DNA of 44,951 bases from Spongospora subterranea f. sp. subterranea. Lineage: Eukaryota. The stretch is taken from NCBI GenBank assembly GCA_049724395.1, contig JAUGWO010000129.1, forward strand, positions 124,001 through 168,951, written 5' to 3'. Positions 1 to 12,610 of this stretch are shown in pieces (the first letter of the stretch is position 1; every line of letters begins with the position of its first letter). Below the pieces are notes generated by a model. The model was not told the origin of the DNA. It did no database searches and saw only the letters and a list, made by a program, of their open reading frames with translations. Both the position numbers and the translations under genes were made by a program.

Positions 1-2404
1 TAAACAAATGATCATGATGTCGACCGCCAAACAACCCTAAATGACGACTCGTTTTACCCGGACATGATATTCCTTCCACGAATCAAAATCTCCCCTGAAT
101 TAAGGGTCCAGAATAAGAGATCGATCAATTAAAACAACGAAGATCTAACCTTCCCCTGGTTGATCGCGATCTGGCACATGTTCTAGCTTGACCTCCACCC
201 CTGGCAATGCCCGCCCAACCGAGCCAACGGCATACTCAGTTCGTGAGTTGAACATGCAAGCGCCAAGGCATTCCGACATCCCATACGCGTCGCACAGATA
301 TAGTCCAAACTCGGCCAGATGTTGCAATGTGGTCAAGGGCATTGGCGCCGCCCCTGTACCAAACAATCGACATCTGGCCCAGCCACTCAGCAATTCTGGT
401 GCCTTCACCGCCAAACGGCTATTTCCTGACCTATCGAACCCGAGGGCTGCCCGAATCTTTGAGAACACCAAGTTTCTGGCCAGGAACTCACCCCATGGTG
501 CAACATGGCTTCCGTTGACCTGCCCGCTTTGAAATGTCGCCAATCCAATCGGTTTCGCCCAATTGAGCATTGCTTGGCTGAATAGACTGCTACCTTGGCT
601 TGCCACCTCGATCTTATCTGCGATTTTTTCCTGGATATAGTTGATGAAGACGGTAAGATCGTCGAGACAAATCTGTTTACCCAAACACGGGGAACGCCCT
701 AATTAAGACATGAGCAATCGGTTTCGAATGAAAAAGATCAACTGATCTTACGTAGAAGATTGTGGGTCGAACAGCAGTAATGGTATTTGCTAAAGACCCT
801 TTCAGATTGCGAAGTGAAATAGATTCAAAGGTTAGCGAATGATGATAATGGGGAACGGCCGTAATTCACCTCTTAGAACATCGGGCCTAGCGAACCAGAC
901 TGTCGCTGGATAGTCGTCCAGTGCTGCGATCTTTAAGGGGAAGAACACTGTGCGAGGGAGTATTGATTAGGGGTTATTACTGTCGACTGATCATCAGCCC
1001 AATGGCCAGATTACCATCCAAAAGCTGGGCAGTGATATTGCACAATGGTCTGCACAACAGAACGTGTGAGTGCAGTTATGATGGCGACAGTTGTGGGGGT
1101 GTTTACAGATATGATATCATATGCTCAACAGCGTGAAGGCCAGCGAGAACAACTGAGTTTTGTCGCGCCATGAACATGACGGCATCATGAGAGACTGGTA
1201 CAGATCATGGTCAATAGCTGGAAGGAACAAAGGGGTCCCAGGGCCGAACTCATGACGGCTTTAGGAGGTCCAGTTGTCCCAGATGTGTAGACCAATGAGC
1301 AGACGTTCCCTGGTTCCTGACATTCCGTTGACGCGTTCAACGCCGCATCTAACTCGATATTGTTCTCTCCCAACTTCATGAACTCATCCCACCTGTAGGT
1401 CGGCCTGTGCTTTCTTGATTCGGCAATGTCTTTATCGGTAATTGCCTGACCACCATGATATTATCACTCACTGTCGATCATCGACAACGAAACAACTAAC
1501 TTGATAGACAATGAACACTTCACATTCATCTATCTGGTCAATCACATTGATGAACTTCTGTATCTGCATTCACGTTTTTGAGAAGCTCAACAAAATATTG
1601 GAATGAAACAACAGTTCGATGAGACCTGGGTGAAGTTTTCAGCGATGATAATCTTCGCTCTGCAGTGTCTGGCGACATATGCACATGCTTCTGGCTCGCT
1701 AGATGGACTGTAGAATATAATGTGACGAAAACCAGGAATCGTGGGTCATACTCCAAGCCTTACTAGATTCCGGCAGCTTTAGCACCGCACCATATTGCGG
1801 CCAGGTAAGAGATAACCCTTCAGAGAAACCAATGAGAAAATTCGGGAAGAGCGTGAGATGCTATTTCGCCATACCATTCTGGGCGGTTAGCTCCGATAAT
1901 CGATATCGACCCAAACCTGGATAGACCAACACTGATCATACTCTTAGCCAGAGCTCTGACCTGATTATTTACAGAACTCCATGAGATTGTCCTCCACTTC
2001 ATAACACCTTCTTGATCCTAACAACAGCAATATGTCAATACGGTTGTTTGAGGACTACCATGGTCAAATTCAGGACCTGATCTTCGACTTTATAGGCTGG
2101 TTCGCTTCCGAACCTGCTGACTGCCAGATTCATCCACGACATGACGGTTTCAGGTGGCCATGACGCAACCCTGTTTCCATATGAGAACGTGCTAAATCAG
2201 GACGATCTCAAAGATGGTTGACCCTCGCTCAGATACGAATATATGTCGGCAGCAATCTGGCTGATCAGACCAGTAGCAGTTACCGGATGAAGCAGGTGGA
2301 TATGGGGATAGTTGCCCTCGATCCACTTCGCAGGCTTGGTCAACGTCAACGGTTAATTGCTGTCGTTTTCTGTAATTGCCTGGCTCGTTTTCGCCTTCCA
2401 CCAT
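1..2404 (-). CDS. Long-chain-fatty-acid--CoA ligase, bubblegum (ACSBG)-like; multi-exon, 3' end outside the window
   Basis: Minus-strand exons encode the AMP-binding motif LVYTSGTTGPPKAVM (~1250-1295), SIIGANRPEW, GAAPM...DAYGMSEC and GSVGRALPGVEVK, with GEILIRGRNIMSG near 60-96. Exons are separated by ~50-60 nt introns. The start at ATG 2404 (MVEGENEP) is inferred. Confidence 0.88.
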
Positions 2405-2610
2405 CTCAAGTATAAATCGTCGTCTTTTCCACAATAAGTGACTCGATAGATTTCTACACAGAATTTATTTTTGTTTTTTATCAAGAAAGTGCCAAACAAA
2501 AGATTTTTCGACGAGAAGGCTACTCTGACAGTGACTGTCCCATAAGTTGAGTGGGCCAGAGATAAGAAGTGGGACTTGAACCCAGCGAGGCCCGATCTCG
2601 GGTTTGTGTC

Positions 2611-3140
2611 GGGTTCGGGTTGGCCTGAATTTGAAGTGTCGGATTCGGGTAGGGTTAGGGTTGGCCTGAATTTGAAGTGTCGGATTCGGGTAGGGTTCGG
2701 GTTGGCCTAAATGTGAAGTGTCGGATTCGGGTAGGGTTCGGGTTGGTCTGAATTTGAAGTGTCGGATTCGGGTAGGGTTCGGGTTGGCCTGAATTTGAAG
2801 TGTCGGATTCGGGTAGGGTTCGGGTTGGCCTGAATTTGAAGTGTCGGATTCGGGTAGGGTTCGGGTTGGCCTAAATGTGAAGTGTCGGATTCGGGTAGGG
2901 TTCGGGTTGGCCTGAATTTGAAGTGTCGGATTCGGGTAGGGTTAGGGTTGGCCTGAATTTGGAGTGTCGGATTCGGTAGGGTTCGGGTTGGGCCTAAATT
3001 TGAAGTGTCGGATTCGGGTAGGGTTCAGGTTGGCCTGAATTTGAAGTGTCGGATTCGGGTAGGGTTAGGGTTGGCCTGAATTTGGAGTGTCGGATTCGGG
3101 TAGGGTTAGGGTTGGCCTGAATATTGAAGTGCCGGGTTCG
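2611..3140 (+). repeat. 41-bp tandem repeat, ~13 copies, G-rich with telomere-like GGGTAGGGTT(A/C)GGGTT
   Basis: Unit GGTTGGCCTGAATTTGAAGTGTCGGATTCGGGTAGGGTTCG; TGGCCTGAA recurs at 2621, 2662 and onward with period 41. There are few substitutions or indels, and the array decays to ~3180. Confidence 0.97.
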
Positions 3141-3550
3141 AGTAGCGTTTGGGTATGGTTTGAGTAGGGTTCAGGTTGAGCTCCAAATATATTAGAGCAG
3201 CCCTGCCTCTAATTTATTTGCCTTCCCTGAAGTCAGTGAAACTGTTCGTGAGGGTGCTGAGCTGATAGATCTTGTACAGGTTGCTAGGAGTTTCTCCAAA
3301 AACGTTTTTTGATTCAAACCGATTCGTACCGATAGGGAGGGTTCAGACCTTCATGCATTTTATCGAGAAGGTGGCCCACATCGAAGAGGACTCCACCGTT
3401 GACGATGCCTGATGTATTGTAAGACGACGTCGCCAGTTATGGTTGTTATGGATGGTTAGGGGGTTATCTATGAGCAGGGATGCGCAATAAATAATTCCAA
3501 GACTGAAAATAATTTATTTTTCAGTCAAACCCAAGGGAATTGATTCTATA

Positions 3551-5014
3551 CCGTACTTAACAAAAAAAACACCAGACCGTGTTCTAAAAAGTGATTTGGT
3601 TAATATTAAAAGTGAGAAAAATGGGCCCAATTTGTGATTTTATTGTTAACTTTTCAGGGCACCTTTTCAAAATTCGCCAAGTCCAAAACATGCGATAAAC
3701 CGACAAAAACCTCAATTTTGTTACAGAATCACTCAAATTCAAACTTTTCTGATTTTCCAGCAGCGACTTGTACACTCCACCATTTTCCTCATGCTTTGCC
3801 AAGTACTCCATAAATGCGGCTTGATTATTAGAACGATGATCCTGGCCGTAAGCACTGAAAGCTTTAGAAATTCCGAATACCGATGCCAGATTCTTGTCAA
3901 CTTCTTCGATAGATTCCTCAAGCCATTGAATTACATCCGTTGCGGTCAACCTTATACTTTCCTCCAGGACCAGGGTCTGACCGCATCTTCCACGAGACAT
4001 ATCGTTTTTTGAACGCCTGTTTGATAGGCTTGTTGGCGATCAAGTCACAAATTTGGATCAGACTTGTGCAACCAGGAGGAATTCCACTCAAGACAATATT
4101 CAGCTGGGCGGCTTGGTCCACAACAATTTCACAGAAATGGCTTGAGCTGCGTCCAATATCAAGCCCAATTTCTCATCTGGATAGCAAGATCGTAACCAAC
4201 GCAGGTAAAGGCAGCATCCCCTCTTTATCCATCCAGTGTTTCGGATGGAAAGTGATCGTACTTGCTCGATCCCAAGTTGCGAAAGTTGATTCCTGGCAAA
4301 TCTGCAACCAATTTGTCTGTACTGTCTGGGAGATTGATTCTTTACGGATCGAAAAGTGATGCCTGTTGAACACCCTGTGGAGCCACTGCGAGAGAGCTGG
4401 GGTGATGTTGCCAGAATGAATACCCATCTTGAGCTCCCGCATTCTGTTCGGCCAGCTTCAGATTCATGTCCAACTTTGGATATCAGGAAATTATACGTTG
4501 ACGATTTGGACAACGGATTGCCAGTTTTCCATTGCTCAACAACTTGCTCTATGAAAAACCCTTCTTGTTCTTGGTATTTGACCTTACGCCCTGACCCAGC
4601 TGTTTTGGAAGTCTTGCGAACATAAACAATATTTTTGTCATACGTGCTCATTTTCTTTTTCTGATGGCGGCTCCCCGATGAGAACGATGAAACATACGTT
4701 TTGCCAAAATGGCTGACATTGTATTTCGGATCAATATTCACTTTGCTTTGCGGATCAACCGCATTGTATGCGCTTCTTAAAGAAGATGGTATAGAGGGTA
4801 GAATGTCAGAGGCAGTAAATGCTTCCACATAATGATACAATTTCTCGAAATACTGTTTTTGCCGAATCCAGTTGTTGAACATGTTCAGGTTAATACCGAA
4901 AATTGTACAGGTAAGTTCAGCATCAACGTTGCCAAGAGAATTGTGAAGGTAGAAGAAAACGGCCTTGGACTTTTTTTCCCATGTCATGGTACGGTATCTG
5001 AGAAGCATAATCAC
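3551..5014 (-). mobile_element. Decayed pogo/Tc2-like (DDE_1 family) DNA transposon with a frameshifted transposase
   Basis: Pieces in three frames: GRKVKYQEQE..., SQWLHRVFNRHHFSIRK (CENP-B-type HTH end), HWMDKEG, KLGLILDAA (second Asp) and IPPGCTSLIQICDLIANKPIKQAFK, which resembles the pogo IPxGxTxxxQPxDxxxNKPFK motif. A possible terminus TA|CCGTAC lies at 3549-3556. Confidence 0.8.
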
Positions 5015-5734
5015 TGTTGCTGATATTGTGTCAGATGTGCTAATGCGGCAAATCCGAAATTGTTAACTGTTTATCGATTAATGTATTTGAAACACATATC
5101 GCGAATAATCCACGTCATGTCACCATCTTCGGCCATGACTACAAGAAGCTGGGAAAAAAGGAGCAGACATCGCATTAATACAAACGACGACGTGGGATCG
5201 TGTGATATCGTACGCAATACAGCAAATTGGAAAATCCCAGCCAGTTAGTCTCTCCTGTGCTGTAAATTTGAAAACGGTGTTTTGAAGCATAGGAATGACC
5301 GTCCTGGCATGCGATTTGTTGAGCACTTGAAAAACAGGCCAAAAACAGTCAATTGGCGCCTGAGTCCAAATGGCCCCCGCAGAGGCGGTCGATTGAGCGA
5401 TGAATCATCAGCCATCTTATACTTCTGAGTAAAACGTCAAGCTGTGTGTCATTGTGAGCACTTGTTTTCGCATTCCATTGACTCTGCAAAGATCTGTAGA
5501 TCGCACATATGCTCGGTCGGACCATGAATTGTTCCATCCGGCAGCGTCGAATGACATCCTTCGCTACGAAAAGTCGTCGGGCAATTTATGTTACACGCCT
5601 CCAGACTGGCCATTGATGCAGTCCGAAGCGGGTATCGACCGCCGGCCATGCCGAGAACGACTTAAAGTCGACTTCAGCACCTCAAGTTTCCTGCGTTACA
5701 CGTTGCCAGTAGGTTGTGAGGGTTCTGGGTTCCC

Positions 5735-6091
5735 TTGAGCAGGTTACGCCGTGTTTCCGTGCCAAAGTCGCGCAAATTTCGATCTCGATCGATCAACTTT
5801 CGATCATTGTGTCTTCTTCCGAGCGAACGGCCTTGGAACCCAATCGAAAAATTATCGTGGGTGATAAAAATGAATGCGTATGTGAGATTGGGTGTCGTTG
5901 GCCGAGCCCATTTGCGGAGCTCTCGATCACCGTTTACAAGAACACATTCGTCGAGCCCGTCAGCTAACGAAAAACCGTTACCGACCCAGGTGAAACGAAA
6001 GGTCGCCCATCTGAAAATGCAAATGCCAGCGGAACTTGAACTGGCCGATGCATATGATACGTCCATCACATTAAAGGTACAATCATACTAA
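5735..6091 (+). pseudogene. Possible Tc1/IS630-type transposase C-terminal remnant
   Basis: The peptide LLPSERPWNPIEKLSWVIK resembles the Tc1/IS630 motif (W/L)PxxSPDLNPIExxWxxxK. No intact upstream DDE core is visible. Confidence 0.3.
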
Positions 6092-6445
6092 AATTCGTCA
6101 CTCCTCATAATTGTTTGCGAGGATTCAGCTATCAGCAAACCGCCGCATCACAATTTATAAATGGGGGTCGGTGAAGCGGGTCGATATTCGTGAGTATTAC
6201 CTTAAGGACGACGAATATCTTCCAGGGAGGAAGGGTAGTCAAACATAATGCTGAATGATTAGCCATGATGGTTATAATGAATACTTGGTTTTTAGGAATA
6301 TCCCTTACATTGTCACAATGGGACTTTTTGAAAGATAATATTGGCATCATCGACTCAGCGATCCGCGATCTATCGTGAATGTCCCACATAAGTCCTGTAC
6401 AGTATTTGGCGTGGGCAGATGGTATTTATCATTACATTTCAGATT

Positions 6446-8819
6446 TCAACTGTTCTCTCCAACTTCTATGGGTCCTTGTGCCCTACTCGGTGTCTGAACC
6501 AGCTCCGTTCCCGCAGCGCTGGTCAGAAGGTTGCCAAATTCGCTTGTTACGAATACAGAGACAGCGTCGATTTCAGCGCGTAACGCTTCAAACGATATCT
6601 GTTTCCACAGTATCATTAGTTGAAAACAAGAAAAGATCAGCGCTCGAACCTGCAACGCGGATGCTAACTGCTGCTCTTTCAAAATTGCGTTATCGTGGGC
6701 CAGTGACAGTTTTATTTTCAAGACCAGAAAGTAACTCTTCAATGTGAGCTTTGGTAACTTCGATCTATGAACGTACATTAGTGTGTCTTCGATTCACAAT
6801 TTAAAAACAAACAGATGAAAACCTTTCCTTGCCACGCTTTATTAGCAGCCTGTTCTCCTCTAGGAGAATTGTTCAACGTTGGACAGTTATCTCGCCCAGG
6901 CTTAATCGATGTTTCATCAGTATCGTCAGACTGAAGAGGCTGGCTGTCAAAATTGTCAAAGAATCGAAATACAACAGTTTCGACATCAGATGGTATGAGT
7001 ACCAATTAATACTAAAAAATGCACAATCAAGCAGGTAAAAATCGCCAAGAAGCTCCCCTTGGGAGCTGGCTCCACCGAAAAAGTATAGGGATTCGCGTTC
7101 TGAGAGAGAATCGCGAACCAGGCAGCTTGCGTGTCCAGTTCTGGCTGGAGGAACTGTAACAATGCCATCATTGATGATTATTGTTGGAGTTAAAATTTTG
7201 AATATGTATACCAGTTCCTGAGTCACTTGGTCGAGACCACACACATGTCGTACAATTAAAAACGTGTAAATCATCATATAATTTGTCAACTGTTCCTCCA
7301 CCGAAAACAAGCAAACGAGGATTTTGTCCGATAATGCACTGCAAAACGAAATAAGTCTATTTCAATAATATTTTTGAGGCAAGTAATCACATGCATACTG
7401 TGCCCAAGCCGGGCGGCAGGAGGCGTTCCATCAATTGTTGGCTCAGACCACGTCAGAGTTTCCAGGTCAAGAATATGAGTCGAGTTTGTTGGACCCTGGA
7501 CAGTGCCGCCACCAAACACATATAAGTGATGATCGCCCACAAGTACAGCTGCATGACCAGCCCTTGGTGAGGGTGGAGTGCCACGACATTTTGGCTTCGA
7601 CCATCCCATGGTTTCAACGTCAAGAATATGTAAGTCATTAAACCTGGAGGCAAAATGTTATTTTGAAACGAATTAACCTGAATGAGAGACGGAACGGACA
7701 GTCGCGTCCCATCGTTGCCACCAAATACGAAAATTCTGCTGCCCACTGAAGTGGCTGAATGAGCAGCTCGTGGGCAAGGTTTTGCACCTGCCGTCTCAGG
7801 GGCATACCATAAAAACATTGTTTGAGGGGCCAGTTGTTTCCAGCTGTGTCGGATATCCTAAGCCTCGTGTTGACTGCATTGATTTGATCGAACGTCAAGA
7901 CACATACCTCTAGTTTCGGAACCAACGGTTGCTCGAATTCAATATCTAAGACATGAACATCATTGAGCCAATTGCCATCTATGGCGCATCCACCGAATAC
8001 AACAAGTTGCTTTCCAACAGCACTGCAGGAGTGGGCAAACCTATCTCGTGGAATAGCGCCTAATCAGCACCGAATTAGACCCGCTGCAAAATCTGAATTC
8101 GGCCAGTGCCCACCTGCACAAAGTGGCCTTGACCATGATTCTGAAACCGTGCTGTAGTATAGAGTTTCAAACCCAGAGTTCCCTCGTCGAGAATCGGCAC
8201 AGAAACCGCCCGTTAGATACATACCATCATCGATTGCAGTTAGAACACCACCATTCCTGGAAAGCGGTATAACCCCAGCATGTTGAAGACTGGTCCAAAT
8301 CAAAGTATCTGAAAAGGCATGGATATATGATGTAACACCACTTGCATTATACCTTCTAAGACATTCAGCTTGGCAACATCAAAAGGCGATGGTCGCGTTT
8401 CGAGAAAAGCGTTTAATTGGCTTCTTTGAAAGTGTTTCAACAATGTTTGCCTGGCATTACGGACGCCAGGTGACCCACGTGGCCCGGCAACAACAATGTT
8501 TCGGTCAATTAGGTCTTGTAAAGATCTGCGTTTTTTTAGCAAAGCCCCAAGCTCACGTTCCCGACGGGTCCTTATTAAAGCTTGCATGACTTCGTGTAAG
8601 GAAGGGTCAGCACGAAACGCTTTTGTGACCAATAAGGATAACAAATTGATCCATACAACCTATGTACTGACATTTCAATATGTTGTGCTCCACGAGGCTG
8701 TCCACAGTAGGGCGATTTTCCAGGTGTTGAGCAATTTTCAGCGCTCGCTCAGATAGTTCGATAGGTTTCTCTGTAGTGGCTACCTCATCGCCCGATCGCA
8801 CAGGTGGATCGTTGTCCAT
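6446..8819 (-). CDS. RPEL-repeat + Kelch-repeat protein with a C-terminal coiled-coil-like tail; multi-exon
   Basis: Three RPEL-like motifs (LENRPTVDSLVEHNILK; LKKRRSLQDLIDRNIV; LETRPSPFDVAKLNVL) precede Kelch blades (PCPRAAHSATSVGSRIFVFGG; PSPRAGHAAVLVGDHHLYVFGG; PAARLGHS; PPARTGHAS...LYFFGG). The start MDNDPP at 8819 and the stop at 6446 are inferred. Confidence 0.8.
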
Positions 8820-9116
8820 GATTGGTGCTAGATGATAATAGTATCTGTACGAGTGATTTGGCAACAGTGTCAGGATATAGGTATTACTAGTCGGCAGGAG
8901 GAAACATGAGAACCAGCGCAGCCTGGTTTATTATCACCACTACACGACTGGTTCAGCTGTTGATCTCATAAAGAACCAGCGCTTAAGCCAAGAGCAAACA
9001 ACTCAATTACTTTACACCAGTAATTATGCTTCTTTTTGAATGCAATGTCACACCTGAGACCGACAACCCAGATTCGTATAAATATTAATGTACTTGAACA
9101 CTTGAAAAGGCTCAAT

Positions 9117-12100
9117 CTAAACGCTCCAGTTCGATTCCTCCGATTTGACAGACGTTGACAACCTCCTTCTTTCAGACATAGCAGCGTCGATGGTCTTTTC
9201 AATGCACATATTAGATAAACCTTCTTGCGACAAAACAAGTGGACGATTGACTTGGTTAGTTGCGGACGCCGTGTCCTTGACAAAAGCAAACACAGCAGCT
9301 GCAAATTCTTCACTGAACTCGCGAAACATGCGAAAAGTATTTCTGATGGCTTCTGAGAGCTTGCCGACGTCGGAGTTGGGAAGAACCACCCTTGACTTGC
9401 TGAGTTCCATTTCAATTTCTAACATGGAAAGCCATTCTGACAGAAGCTTTCTAGCAGAATTGACTTTTTTTCTGGCAATCTTCATAGGAACCGCTGCCCG
9501 ACTGGCGAGCAGATCGAGCATGTGTAGCTTCACTCAAAGCTAGGCTTGCCTCGTCAACCTTCTGTAAATCCCAGACACGGTTCGATTCGTTCTGTAATTG
9601 CGTTTGCCTCTTCTGCTGTGCTTGTGAAATTGGATACATTTCTTCAAACATACTTGTCGCTGTGTCAACGTTCAACCCGAAATATTCAAGTAAATCACGA
9701 CAACGTTGTTCCAGCTGATTATATTGTTCAAGCAGCAAATGACTTTCCTTAACAGCGAAATCAAACGCATCAGCGATTTTGACAAAGGAATCTTCATCAG
9801 AAAGACCAGAACGAATAGATTCTGAAGCCTTTCCCTGTTTTTCAACGGAGGCAACAAGTTCAGTCACCGTAGTACAGACAGACTGTAGAGTTCTTCTGGA
9901 GACGAAGACTAAATGGGGACCGATCTAAGTACGACGTTAGGACGTGTATGCAATTACTATTAGGAAACAGCAACCTGCTGAGGAAATTCCAGAGCGTGCA
10001 CAGCACATTGCGAGAGTTCTTTTTACAGTGAAGCTCAACATATCGCCACATACTCCAGTACTGCAATCACAGAGTGTCAAACCATACAAAGCCTTGATTA
10101 CGACATTATTTTGCGCATACCATTTGGTTGATATTAACTTAGTGATGGCATCAAGACGAAACGCTTTGGCGTTTCCCTTAGAAGTTGCCATATTCATATG
10201 ATTGCCAATGGTCAGAATACTTGACAAAATAGCAGTCAGAGAATCCGAACTCATCATAAAACGAAGCACATTATCGAAGGTTTTGATTGAATCTGCTATC
10301 AGACTCGCCTGATCTTCAAAATCACGTAGGACTTTCCATGACTTCAGTCTAACCTCCCAGAAAGTTACCGAAGTAAGTGCCTATTAGCGTAATCAAACTT
10401 TTGTAAAATGAAATTGCGATTTGCATAGACTAACCTTTACATACAACACAGAGGCTCGTGAATTCTCAGGGGATAGATTTACGTTCAGATTATTTACAAA
10501 TTCCTCATCCTCTTTTCGCGGTAAATTCTGGAACATGAGCAAAAGCGCATCACGATCAATAACATGATCATCAAGGCTTTGCAGAGCTGATATAGACAAT
10601 AATAAGTTTAAGAATAATCACTGAATTCGACTCATATATACCAGAAGCGAGCTTCTCTACGGGAGGTAGCCTGAAGATGGATGAAGAAGATAAGTAACAA
10701 GAAGAGCAGATATACAGAAATATACTTGCGAAGCATTATCTCCATGTTTTGGGATTGTTTCTTGTCAGGCAAATCAAACTTTGATGAGACAGAACAATCG
10801 CTTTCTCCATGAAGTGTTCGTTCGCGAATTGAAGCTTTCAGCTTAGGTTTTTTGGCAAAGCTTTTTTCTATACTGCCGCGGGAGATTTGCGAGAATATAG
10901 GCAGCTTATACCAGATAGAATCTTTTTTGCTGTAAACACGGTTGAGAACCAATGGGGCTAGAGGTATGCGACACAAGATAACCTTGATGCTGGTTTAAGC
11001 TTGATCCAGTGAAAATTTTTGCACTCAATAGCTCCGGGGGGAAGTTTTGATATAGATGGTGCCGGAGGAGGAATTGGCGGTGGAGCAGGTAGACAAGGAG
11101 GCGGAGGGATAGATGACAATTCTGTTTTCAAACCTAATGGCAATTATCAATAAAAATGTCAATAAGAGACGACATCGTTTACCAGGAACGGCGAATACTA
11201 GGGTATCCACTTGATCTGATAGGTTTGTTGGACCTTCTTCGGAGCGGTCTTGTTTCTTTACTACTTGCTCAACATACTGACGAACCTGTTCTTTGGTCTC
11301 ATCATTCATGAACTCTGCAAGGCAGCATTTCCTGCGTTCTGCTGGCTATTTCCGGTGAATTGCCAGTAAGGAGGTTTGAATTCAACTCAAACCTTCATGT
11401 GAGCAGGAGAACTAATCCGGTTCATAAAAGTAGGCACTCCCCCAGCAGGATGATCCGTCTCATGACGTCTTCTCTAAAAGCATAATTCGGAAACACAACC
11501 GACCTAAAAGCATTGAACAATACCTCTTGCTCGTAATCCTGTATAACACCAAATTTTTCAGCTTCCACCTTTGTTAGCATTGTAAGCTGTACTAATTTCT
11601 CTTTGCTGTTGCCCATTAACGAGCCTAAGGAAATAGAGTCCTCGAATGAAAATAAAAATTGGCCACTGACAGAATCAAACATGAGCAAACTCACTAGATA
11701 TAAACAAGAAAAGAGTACCGGAATCTTACAACCAAGGAATTCGGGTCTAACCCTATCAAATCGGCGATCTCCTCACGTATGTCGCCAATATCCATTGATA
11801 ACGGAACAGAATTGAAAGATACTTCTTGAACGTTCATCCCAATCGGCACCAAAACAACGACCTCAACGCATTCTTGATCGATTACTAACGCCTTGACAGT
11901 TCAGGTAAGCAATGGTCTATTGTCAAAACCATAACCACAGCAAGTACCTTCTGTGCAATTAATGAAATTTCCTTCTCTTCAGCTGTTAGATTTGAAGCTT
12001 TCAACATCATCTTCTGGACCACCTCTTCCAGAGTTGAAATTTCAGCAATGAAATCTTCCGGGATGTCGCTACCGGCGTGACAACAAAACTCCAGCCGAAT

Positions 12101-12531
12101 TATGTGCCGCTCCACAATTTCCAACAGTGCCGTCGCGTTTGGGAGCTCCATCACTAAAATCCCTTTGATCTGTTGTCTCAGAACTATCAGCCGTTCAGAA
12201 ACCGATTTTATTAAGGAACCGGCTTCTTGCTGAGCTTCTTTCATGCATGTTTCTGGGCCGTGTTTATCGACCTCGTCAATGGCGACACTGCATAAACAGT
12301 TCTTGCAGAAGACGGAGTCATGAACGCCGTCCATTGTTTGAGGCTCCTGTATGCCTGCGACCATCGATAAATAAGATGAATGAAGAGAGTAACAGGATGA
12401 CGTGTCCCCGCACCAGTATTAGTTGTCTTTGATGATGGGCCATGGGGTTCATCCCTCTTCCGTCGACGGAGAGTTCTCGCCGCGATGCCGGCCGGATTAA
12501 GGTGACCAGAAAACGACCGCTCGCGATCCAT
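9117..12531 (-). CDS. Formin (FH1-FH2) with an atypical N-terminus; multi-exon
   Basis: Short FH1 PPPPCLPAPPPIPPPAP followed by the FH2 lasso KNFHWIKL, SIW, KKQSQNMEIMLRK and ILSSILTIGNHMN...GNAKAFRLDAITKL. The C-terminal part has LLEYFG...TFRMFREF. Confidence 0.9.
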
Positions 12532-12610
12532 TACTTTGGGTATGCGCCGAGCTAAAACGAAGAGTAACTGTGAGAGACACTACAGTTTTGTGTAGGATTC
12601 AAGAGGGCGG

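Noticed and set aside
188..532. Antisense ORFs overlapping called genes (e.g. 188-532, 9145-9543, 26561-27013, 33225-33653, 38353-38823)
   Set aside because: Shadows of well-supported opposite-strand or alternate-frame genes, with no motifs of their own.
2611..3140. CRISPR array or true telomere
   Set aside because: No spacers; the TTAGGG-like part is only a fraction of a 41-bp unit and the array is internal.
2557..3213. hAT-type TIRs (CAGAGAT... / ...CAGCCCTG) around the 41-bp array
   Set aside because: Poor inverted match and no 8-bp target-site duplication.
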